From: Candidatus Woesearchaeota archaeon
GTDB lineage: Archaea; Nanobdellota; Nanobdellia; Pacearchaeales; GW2011-AR1
Direction: 5' to 3'
Assembly (NCBI GenBank): GCA_964497435.1
Contig: CAZCCD010000001.1
Coordinates: 87,009 to 151,008 of the forward strand
Length of the DNA: 64,000 nt
Part shown: one piece after another, positions 28,584 through 37,800 of the stretch
How the letters are laid out: each line of letters begins with the position of its first letter
How positions within the stretch are numbered: position 1 is the first letter of the stretch
Translations under genes and position numbers: made by a program
The notes under the pieces: model-generated
The model's input: the letters and a program-made list of their open reading frames with translations, nothing else
Databases searched by the model: none
What the model was told of the DNA's origin: nothing

Positions 28584-31500
28584 TTAAACATCCAAATTCG
28601 CAGTTTGCGCATTGTCTTGTATAAACTCTTTTCTTGCCTGAACATCGTCTCCCATTAACATTGAAAAAACCCTATCAGCCTCAATAGCATCTTCTATATA
28701 TATTTTTTTAATCTTTCTTGTTTTAGGATTCATTGTTGTTTCCCAAAGTTGGTCAAGAGACATTTCTCCAAGCCCTTTAAACCTTGTAACAAGAGCCTTG
28801 CCTAATTTCTCACTGAGTTTTTTTAGTTCTTTGTCAGAATAAACATAATGGTCTTTGTTTTTTCTTACTCTGTACAAAGGAGGCATAGCGACATAAATAT
28901 TCCCCCCTTCAATTAAATGAGGCATAAACCTAAAAAAGAAAGTAAGCAATAAAGTCTTTATATGCTCTCCATCAACATCAGCATCAGTATTATGACAGCA
29001 TAATCCTCCAAAGCCAGCCACAAAATTCTCATCTTCGTCAACTGAAAAGTCATAGACATCACTGCTGCTACATTCCACTTCTTGAATATCTTTAACCTCT
29101 AATCCAACCAAATCTTCCGAGATTGCGACAAATTTTTGATTAATAGAAAAGTGAACACCTTCTATTTTGGCTTGCAATAGATGAGCATTTCTATGGTTCT
29201 CCCATATCCTTTTTAATATCAACAAGTTATTTTTAGAGTTAACGCTAACAGTGTAAACGCGATGTTTAGAAATTATTGAGCTATTGATACTTGGTTCTCT
29301 CTCGCTAATACTAGCCATTACACCAAAAGATTGCAAAAGATACATTAGCTGGTCAGCTAAATCTCTCGATACAGTAGTAAATGAAAGATTATGTTTAGAT
29401 AAGGTCCCGTCTCCTAAAAAGTAAGTTCTCAAAAATTCAAGCTGTAAATCTCTACTTACATTAAAGGCAATTGAAGGCATTTTTTTATTTATTGATGTTG
29501 ATTTCTCCAAATTAAAAATAAATTTCCAGAATAAAGCCACAATTTTATTAACGAGTTTCAGCTCTCCACAAGTTTGATGGTTTTTTGCATAAGAAAGTTT
29601 AGCAGGCAATCCAAATACTTCTTTAAAAGCCATGTTTAGTTCAGGCGCAAGACAAGTATCATTATTACCAATTGCCATTCTTAACCCGTTTCTCAGGGAC
29701 CATGAGCCTTCTGCAAGCCAGAATCCCATAAGTTTCATAAAAGATTTATTAACCTGAATATACCTACCGAGTCCTTGGTGCGCATAATGTTCCGCGCAAA
29801 TAATAATATCTTCACCGATATAAGACAAATCAGATTCTTCTATCTCTGCAAGAGAGATATAATTCTTAACTTTATTCCTGCCAGAATTTTTATATTGCCT
29901 TTCCCATACATTATCCAAATGAGATTTAACAATCTGTACTTGAGATAATACTTGACCTTTATCCATCCCCAAAGTTTTAATATATTCTTCAAACTTTTTA
30001 AGAGTTGGCTTATTCTTTCCCCTTTCCCAATCATAATAAGTACATGGTTGCTTAATACCAACATTTTCACAAATGAATTGCTGAGACAATTTGTTCTCTT
30101 CTCTATGGCTTCTTATTTTTTTTCTAACTTCTTCTGGAATAATTACTCTTTCTCCAACCAAATTATCGTCATCTTTGTACTTTTCCAGTAATTTGTGTTT
30201 TAGTAATTCACTTATAGAATTGCCTCTAATATAGACACTCACCGTAATATTTTTTTTATTTCGCACCAATAATGAAAGGAGGTCTATTTTTTTAGGATAA
30301 TTATAATTATACAAAGGCAAATTCTTTGGTGCAACAATTTTATCACCTTTTTTTATTTCATTTCCTTTTTTAAGCCTAACTTCATTATTCTCATAAACGA
30401 AAACGCTATGGGATGAGGTAACTTTTACACTTCTTCCATACGAAGTCTTAATTTCATATAATGTCTCATCAATAGGATGTTTAATTACTGCTTTAATAGA
30501 CTTAAATTGAGATCTCATAGTTTTTAGGTTAAAGCAAAGCACTTTATAATTTGAAACATTTAATTTATTTTCAATAGCAAAATCGATGAATTCACCAATT
30601 TTTACACACCGAATCTCTCCTTGTGGAGTTTGAATAAAAGTTGTTTCCCGCCCATCCACACTCATAATAATTATTTTTCCATATCTTAATTTATTGATAT
30701 CAAATTGCTCGCCAACACCGGTCCCAATTACTGTAATCATATTTGCAATTTCTTCACTTGATAGTGCTTTTGAAGGATTTGCCTTTTCAATGTTTAATAT
30801 TTTTCCTTTCAAAGGAAGAATTGCTTGAATTTCTTTGCTTCTTGCTTGTTTGGCACTGCCTCCTGCACTCTCTCCTTCAACAAGATACAGTTCTGTGTCT
30901 TCTGTCTTCTTTTTTGAACAGTCTGCGAGTTTTCCAGGCAAACCTCCTAATGAAAAAGCACTCTTTCTCCTTACTAAATCTTTTGCTTTCTTAGCAGCAA
31001 CCCTTGCTTTTGCAGACTCCATGACTTTAAGGGCTATTTTTTTAGCAATTGGTGGATTTTCCTCAAAAAATTCAGAAAGAGCAGAACTAGATATTGAGTC
31101 AACAATTCCCTTAATATCAGAATTTCCAAGTTTTGTTTTTGTTTGCCCCTCAAACTGTGGCTCTGCCATCTTCAAGCTTATAATAGCTGTGAGCCCTTCT
31201 CTTGTATCATCTCCTGTCAAATCAATTTCTTTTCCATTTCCTGTTTTTTTTAAATAATCATTAATCACTCTTGTCAAAGCTGTTTTAAATCCAGAAACAT
31301 GGGTTCCTCCTTCAACAGTGTTAATTGTATTTACAAAACCAAAAATATTTTCTTGATACCCTGTATTGTATTGAACAGCCACTTCTAAAACATTATCTTT
31401 ACTTTCACGTTTAAAATATATTGGTTTATGAAGAGCTTCTTTTGACCTATTTATCCATTTTACGAACTCTATTAAACCTCCGGCTGCAAAAAATTCCTCT

Positions 31501-32147
31501 TTCTTGTCTTTTTTTTCATCGAAAAGATTTATTTTAAGACCCGCATTAAGAAAAACTATTTCTCTAAACCTGGTTTCAAGAACCTTATAATCAAACTCTA
31601 AAACAGAAAAAATATCAGGGTCTGGCCAAAATGTAACTTTTGTCCCTGTTTGCCCATTATCTGTTTTTCCAATAACTTCTATTTTTGTCTTTGCATCTCC
31701 CCTTGAATATTCTTGTCTGTAAATTTTTCCATCTCTTTTTATTTCAACAATCATTTTTTTAGAAAGTGCATTCACAACAGAAACCCCTACGCCATGCAAA
31801 CCTCCAGAAATAACGTAAGATTTCTTGTCAAATTTTCCTCCAGCATGTAACTTAGTCAATGCTATTTGAACAGCAGGCAGTTTGTATTCTTTATGGATAT
31901 CTACTGGAATTCCTCTTCCATCATCCTCGACTGTAACACTCCCATCTTTATTTATAGAAACATCAATTTTCTTACAAAATCCAGCCAAAGCCTCGTCAAC
32001 AGAGTTGTCAACTACCTCATAAACAAGATGATGCAAACCGTCTTTGCCAGTAGAACCAATGTACATAGCGGGCCTTTTTTTCACTCCTTCAAGACCTTCC
32101 AAAACTTTTATTGATTCAGCACTATATTCACTTGCCATTTTACTCAT
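28584..32147 (-). CDS. gyrB: DNA gyrase subunit B, interrupted by an intein
   Basis: The GHKL ATPase (VDNSVDEALAG, GLHGVG), transducer and Toprim (LYLVEGESAGGSAKQ) regions are present. The C-extein reads TDADVDGEHIKTLLLTFFFR… Removing the insert leaves 629 aa of extein. Confidence 0.9.
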   Translation of the reverse strand: MSKMASEYSAESIKVLEGLEGVKKRPAMYIGSTGKDGLHHLVYEVVDNSVDEALAGFCKKIDVSINKDGSVTVEDDGRGIPVDIHKEYKLPAVQIALTKLHAGGKFDKKSYVISGGLHGVGVSVVNALSKKMIVEIKRDGKIYRQEYSRGDAKTKIEVIGKTDNGQTGTKVTFWPDPDIFSVLEFDYKVLETRFREIVFLNAGLKINLFDEKKDKKEEFFAAGGLIEFVKWINRSKEALHKPIYFKRESKDNVLEVAVQYNTGYQENIFGFVNTINTVEGGTHVSGFKTALTRVINDYLKKTGNGKEIDLTGDDTREGLTAIISLKMAEPQFEGQTKTKLGNSDIKGIVDSISSSALSEFFEENPPIAKKIALKVMESAKARVAAKKAKDLVRRKSAFSLGGLPGKLADCSKKKTEDTELYLVEGESAGGSAKQARSKEIQAILPLKGKILNIEKANPSKALSSEEIANMITVIGTGVGEQFDINKLRYGKIIIMSVDGRETTFIQTPQGEIRCVKIGEFIDFAIENKLNVSNYKVLCFNLKTMRSQFKSIKAVIKHPIDETLYEIKTSYGRSVKVTSSHSVFVYENNEVRLKKGNEIKKGDKIVAPKNLPLYNYNYPKKIDLLSLLVRNKKNITVSVYIRGNSISELLKHKLLEKYKDDDNLVGERVIIPEEVRKKIRSHREENKLSQQFICENVGIKQPCTYYDWERGKNKPTLKKFEEYIKTLGMDKGQVLSQVQIVKSHLDNVWERQYKNSGRNKVKNYISLAEIEESDLSYIGEDIIICAEHYAHQGLGRYIQVNKSFMKLMGFWLAEGSWSLRNGLRMAIGNNDTCLAPELNMAFKEVFGLPAKLSYAKNHQTCGELKLVNKIVALFWKFIFNLEKSTSINKKMPSIAFNVSRDLQLEFLRTYFLGDGTLSKHNLSFTTVSRDLADQLMYLLQSFGVMASISEREPSINSSIISKHRVYTVSVNSKNNLLILKRIWENHRNAHLLQAKIEGVHFSINQKFVAISEDLVGLEVKDIQEVECSSSDVYDFSVDEDENFVAGFGGLCCHNTDADVDGEHIKTLLLTFFFRFMPHLIEGGNIYVAMPPLYRVRKNKDHYVYSDKELKKLSEKLGKALVTRFKGLGEMSLDQLWETTMNPKTRKIKKIYIEDAIEADRVFSMLMGDDVQARKEFIQDNAQTANLDV
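28989..30662 (-). mobile_element. GyrB intein (about 558 aa) with LAGLIDADG homing endonuclease
   Basis: It is inserted between …LRYGKIIIM and TDADVDG. It starts with Ser (SVDGRET…) and ends …GGLCCHN, followed by +1 Thr. The LAGLIDADG blocks are LMGFWLAEGSW and LRTYFLGDGTLS. Confidence 0.75.
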
Positions 32148-32524
32148 TCAAATTTAATAGTCCTAACTAAAAGTTAGGTTTTTTGAACTAATTTTTTAGT
32201 CAAAATTCGTTTAATTATAATGAAATTAATTAAACTTTATTTATAAACTTTTCCTAGCAAAAATTCAATTTATCGACGGTAAAATTTAAAAACTCCGGTT
32301 TTTTATAATTTTATCTAGATTTAAAGCTCACTCAGAGATTGATAAAAATGAATGGTAATTAACCTATAAATTCTATTTTAAATATTGCTAATTTCGAGCG
32401 AACACTAAAATGTGCATTTGTCTATGCTTAGCCAAATGGAAGCGAGAGTAATTGTATATTTATAATAGGAAAGGGGTTTTTGTTCTATATTCATATTTAA
32501 AAATATTGAAATCTTAATAATCCC

Positions 32525-32803
32525 ATGAGGAAAAATGCATTAATATCTTTAATACTCTGGATTCTTATAGTGACTTTTGTTACTCTAGTGTTAACAGGAA
32601 CCCTTATCTCAAAAAATACTGGAAAAACCAGGACTTTTACAAAAGCCATATGCGACCACAATAACTACTGTGAAGACTTTATTATTAAATGTGAGGGTAA
32701 GAAAATTATAAGCATCTCTCCAATAAGTGGGGCAGCGACAAAATACCCTATAAGCTGGTTAGATCCGAGGGCAATAGAAGAGGCTGGAATAGTATGTAGC
32801 TAA
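32525..32803 (+). CDS. small membrane-anchored Cys-containing protein, paralog A
   Basis: It has an N-terminal TM, then KAICDHNNYCEDFIIKCEGK…ISPISGAATKYPISWLDPR…IVCS, with 4 conserved Cys shared with the next gene. Confidence 0.4.
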   Translation: MRKNALISLILWILIVTFVTLVLTGTLISKNTGKTRTFTKAICDHNNYCEDFIIKCEGKKIISISPISGAATKYPISWLDPRAIEEAGIVCS

Positions 32804-32883
32804 TTTAGGCATTTTTATTCTTTTTATCATTTATTAATAGTAACAATAGAAAGATTTATATACTAAATAATACTATAAATATC

Positions 32884-33171
32884 ATGAACAAAATAATAAT
32901 CTCATTAATAATTGCATTAATTATTCTATCTGGAAGCATGATATTCATACTCACAAATATCATAAGCGCTGAAGAAAAAACCCCAGAGTTAAAAGCATAT
33001 ACATACACAAAAGCAATATGTGATGATAATAACTTCTGTCAAGATCATATTATAACATGTAAAGGCAGTGCATTAATAAACAATGAGCCAATAACAGGAG
33101 CCTTTGTCCAATTTCCTATAAAATGGAAAGACCCTAGGAGCGAAAAAGAAATAAATACTTTTTGTAAATAA
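32884..33171 (+). CDS. small membrane-anchored Cys-containing protein, paralog B
   Basis: KAICDDNNFCQDHIITCKGS…EPITGAFVQFPIKWKDPR…TFCK has the same 4-Cys pattern and N-terminal TM as paralog A. Confidence 0.4.
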   Translation: MNKIIISLIIALIILSGSMIFILTNIISAEEKTPELKAYTYTKAICDDNNFCQDHIITCKGSALINNEPITGAFVQFPIKWKDPRSEKEINTFCK

Positions 33172-33515
33172 ATCAAAAAATGACAAAATCAGTTGATAAT
33201 ACTTTTAGTAATTAGTATTGAAGAATATGCTCTTATCTGTAAATAAATTTCTAGCACATAATATATCTTTACATTCTAATGATACTGTCAACTTAAAATG
33301 ATATTCTTCTTTTAATTTAAAATAATCTTAAAGATTGCTTTTATTTATATGTAAAATTTGCACTCCTCGCATTTGCTCGTCGTGAATTTATTAAAATGTT
33401 AAATCTGTGAACGAAAGTGAACAGCAATTTAGAAAATCACAAATTGAGTTATGTCTTGATAACTTAACAGTATTTCACTCTAATTAAAAAGGTCCAACAA
33501 ATAAAAAATATCTAT

Positions 33516-34874
33516 TTAAGCTGCGCTAGTAGAGGTAGCAGCAGAAGCAGCATAACCAGAAATCCTTGACTTTAAATAATGAGTAATTATTATGATAATT
33601 ATAGAGATTATCGCAACAGATAATATCACTATTATAATAATCCACCTAAATGTATCAATCTTTCTAGGTCCTATATCAAACCAGCTACTAGAACTAGCTG
33701 TCTTATCATCATAATTTAATTGAGCATAAAGAACATATTTTCCAAATCCTGATTTAGTTGGTAATGTAAACTCTTTGTCAAAAACAGTCCTGTCAGTTAC
33801 TGTTAACTGTTCATCCTCTCTATAGATTATATTTTCATCTTCATCTTTTATTACATAATTCAATATAACATCTTGAGCTCCTGGCACAAGTTTAGTCAAA
33901 TAGAAGGTTGCAAGGATTTTATCTCCAGGAAGAACATGTTTATATTGATCTAGCATTTCTATGACAATGTCGAACAATGCATCAGGAGATACAACCTCTA
34001 TTGAGAATATTAATTCTTCTTGTTTATAACTTGTCCAGACATTAACCTTTCCAAGATATAAATTAGGCTCTTGGCCTGCACTAGATGTTATGATTGCTTT
34101 TATTGTCCTTGCTTGACCAGCAGGTAAAACAAAGTTATTTCCTCCAATAATGCCTATCATTCCATTATCAGGATTTCCAATATTTACTGTATATGCAACA
34201 TTAGATGGATTTGTAATTGTAAACTCTGCTTCAATACTTCCTCCTTGTAATACCTTAACTTCTACAGGATTTTTATCAATACTAAACTGTGGAAGCGGTC
34301 CTGGAATAACACCACCTCCACCACCTCCACCGCCAGTAGTAGTTGTTGTAGTTCCTCCACAACCTTCATTAATCTGATTATTACAATTATCATCATAGCT
34401 TGTTGAGCAAGATTCTGTTGCTCCTGGATTAACAGCTGCATTAAAGTCATTGCAATCTAGAGTTCCGCAGGCTCCTCCAGTGCCATTATAACCATCACCA
34501 TCATTGTTAATGCAAATTAAAGGAGCGCTTGTATTATAGACTAAATTAAGTTGAGTTGTCTGCTCATTAGCAAAAGTATAATTTGCTGAAAAATATCCAT
34601 CAAGGGTAAATGTAATAACATTTCCATTAACCCCATTTTCAACTAAAAACACTTCATTATATCCATAATACCCATTTTCACTCATCAATTCATTTATTAA
34701 AGAACCATTAATATATGCCTGAACATTGTAGTTTGGAGAGGTTATAATGCTTCCACCAGTATTAACAATTTGCCCGTAAAACTGATGGAAACTAGGTATT
34801 TGCTGTGCATAGGCAAAGCTAACAAAAACAACTACTAAAGCCAATATTAAATTTTTATTAACCATTTTCAACAC
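33516..34874 (-). CDS. surface protein with one MopE-like Cys repeat, Thr/Gly linker and C-terminal TM anchor
   Basis: It has a signal peptide, then CINNDGDGYNGTGGACGTLDCNDFNAAVNPGATESC, a TTTTTTGGGGGGGG linker and a C-terminal hydrophobic stretch WIIIIVILSVAIISIIIIII followed by basic residues. Confidence 0.45.
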   Translation of the reverse strand: MLKMVNKNLILALVVVFVSFAYAQQIPSFHQFYGQIVNTGGSIITSPNYNVQAYINGSLINELMSENGYYGYNEVFLVENGVNGNVITFTLDGYFSANYTFANEQTTQLNLVYNTSAPLICINNDGDGYNGTGGACGTLDCNDFNAAVNPGATESCSTSYDDNCNNQINEGCGGTTTTTTGGGGGGGGVIPGPLPQFSIDKNPVEVKVLQGGSIEAEFTITNPSNVAYTVNIGNPDNGMIGIIGGNNFVLPAGQARTIKAIITSSAGQEPNLYLGKVNVWTSYKQEELIFSIEVVSPDALFDIVIEMLDQYKHVLPGDKILATFYLTKLVPGAQDVILNYVIKDEDENIIYREDEQLTVTDRTVFDKEFTLPTKSGFGKYVLYAQLNYDDKTASSSSWFDIGPRKIDTFRWIIIIVILSVAIISIIIIIITHYLKSRISGYAASAATSTSAA

Positions 34875-37800
34875 TAAATCCTGTTATAGGTATGATTGTT
34901 GATTGATTGTTAACGTAAATCCAGTAAGCTCTTTCTCCTTGAAGATTATCAGTTGGATTTACTGAATCATAATTTCCAGTCAAAGGATTGTAAGTATATA
35001 AATAAGTATAGCTAACTCCTCCAAGTATTTGTGAGGCTTGGTAAGGATTGGAGAAAGTTCCTATTAAATTCCATCCAGGGTTCAAAGATATTGTAGGCCT
35101 TGTTAAATCACCCTGTCTCTTAGATCCATTAATGACTAAGTTAGCAGGGGTATTCATGAATACAAAATAGCCTTTACCTACTTCTAAATTAAATAAGTTG
35201 CTTGGCCTTCCGTCAAAGTGATAAATCTTGAATCCATTATCATAGGTATAAACTGTATCAACATTGCTTCTAATATCTTTAAATACATTTTCTACTGAAG
35301 TATTATCGACAATTAAAGGCAAGCTGAAAGAATTCTTTCCTGTTTGTAAAGGCACACTCCTTATTTCATATCTTTTCTGACTTAATACAACTCTCAATAA
35401 TCCTGCTCCTCTAGGAGATTCATAATTAACACCTTGTATGTTTGCTCTGAAGTAATATTCAGGGTCTCCATTCAATCCAAGTAATCCATCGTCCTGCCAC
35501 TCTGCCTGCCAGACAGATCTTGCAACTCCGTTAACAAAGGTTACATTGTTAGGATTGAATGTTGCAGGATCATCAGCTCCTCCTATAAACTCATCGAGAA
35601 TATTGTCATCTTCCAAGACAGTAAATGAAACTGATTGGCCATTACAATCACTGTTTCCTTCAACAACCACATCAACTAAATCTCCTTCTGTCGCAGATGT
35701 TGTGCTCCAATATCTATTTGTAACAATGCAATTTCCAACAGGACAACCCTCATCAATCTGTCCATAACCAGAATCTCCAGGGCATTGATTATCTATTCCA
35801 TCTCCGCAAGTTTCCGGAGCTCCAGGATAGATAGTTGCTCCAATTCCTACAGTATCATTACAGTCTACAACACCACAACTTCCTCCAGTAACATTGTAAC
35901 CATCACCATCATTATCAGTACATGTAACTACAAGTCCGCAACCAGTAGGAGCTGGGAATTGAATTGGATCACAAGTTTCTCCAGGAGCACATAATGAATT
36001 ATCATTTGTATGTATATCACAAGCATCAGTTGCCTCATTGCAGGAATCGACAGTACAAGAGTAAGGATCAGTATTTACACAGTTTACTGGAGTTCCTGAC
36101 CTACAATCAAGTAAAGAATCACAATATTCAACACCATCACAATATAAACCATTATTACAAACAGCATTATTTGGTGGATGTTCTATTGTATCTGTTGTTT
36201 CATTACAAGAATCAACAGTGCAGGAAACACCGTCGCTAATATTAAGAGGGATTCCATCATCCACACATACCTGGCTCTGGCATCTATCAGCTCCATTACA
36301 ATATAATCCATCATCACAGGCTGTGCCATCTGGCTGGCCAGTGCATGCAGTTATGACTCCGCAACCTGTTGGTGGTGGGAAATAAACAGTATTACAAACC
36401 TGTCCTCCTGAACATAAAGCATCATTCTCTACATTATTACAACTGTCTGTAGATTCATTACAAGAATCAACTGTACAAGAATAAGAGTCAGCACAATTTA
36501 CAGGGGTTCCTGCCTGACAACCTGAAACACCTCCACAAGTCTCATCTCCGTTGCACCATAAAGAATCAGCACACAAAGAATTTCCTCCATTGTCATTTAC
36601 TCCATTGCAATCATTATCTAATCCATCGCAGGTTTCACTACTTGGTGTGCCTGGAACACATGTGCTACTTTGAGCCCCTCCGCTACAAGTGTATACTCCT
36701 GTTGAAGAGCATTGACCTACTCCACAAGTTGTAGGTTGATTATACCATGGCTCATTTACTCCGTCAGATGTTCCTGCATTACAATCATCATCAACACCAT
36801 TACAAATTTCATTCCTACCAGGATTAACACTTGGATTAACATCATTACAATCTGCAATACCGCAACCTGAAGCACTTTGATTATATCCATCACCATCATT
36901 ATCAACACAATAAAGAATATTGATTTGTATTGTTTCCTGTGCCTCTGGATTTGGTGGAGGATTATGTAAAGGATCAGCTAAATGAGTCCTAATAGTATGA
37001 ACACCATTAGCAAGATTATTTATTCTTACAGTATTGGAGTTAATCCAAGTAGCTAAAGGAGTTGGTCCAACTACTTGATTAAACTCTACAACATTATCTG
37101 GAGCATTGTAAAACATTAAATGATCAGCACTTCCATCAACATGGAAATGTATATGATTGCTTCCTTTTCCTCCAACAACCCAATTAACAGTATTGAAAAC
37201 AACTGTAACATTTTGATTATTAATAGTGCTTAAATTCAAAGGAGAAGTTATATCAACACTAGGAATTGGTGTAGGGGCCACACTAAAGTTAATTAAATAA
37301 TCATCTGTGTCTGGATTGAAATTTCCAACAGTGTCATTACACTTAACATAAATGTCATATGCTTGGCCATCAGCAGTAGGCATATTATCGCCATGGAATA
37401 AGCCATTTGTAACACTGAAGGTAGCTACCATTGTAGCATAAGGCTGATTAGGGAAAGGATGATATTTACATGTTGCTGTTTCATCTGTTGTTAAATTAAA
37501 TGGAACAGAAGTTGTTCCGCTAGGGAATACTCTATCTAAAACAGGTTGTCTGTTGCTTCTTACTGGAGGTGTTGTGTCTATTGTTATTGTTCTGGTTGAA
37601 GAAGTTGTGCATAATGAAGAAGTGTCACAAGCTCTTACATACCATGTATGGACCCCACTAGATAATGTACTAGAAAAAAGATAGACTCCATTAATGCCAG
37701 AAGTATTAACCTGGCTAAATACTCCATCAACATATAAGCTGACATTTAGTAAAGCAACATTATCAGTGGCAGTAGAACTGAATGTTACTAAAGGATTGTT

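Noticed and set aside
34262-34450. Homopolymeric G/T/C tracts and ORFs 34150..34377 (+) and 34262..34450 (-) inside the 33516..34874 gene
   Set aside because: They are a reverse-strand reading of the poly-Thr/poly-Gly linker codons. This is neither a CRISPR array nor a separate gene.
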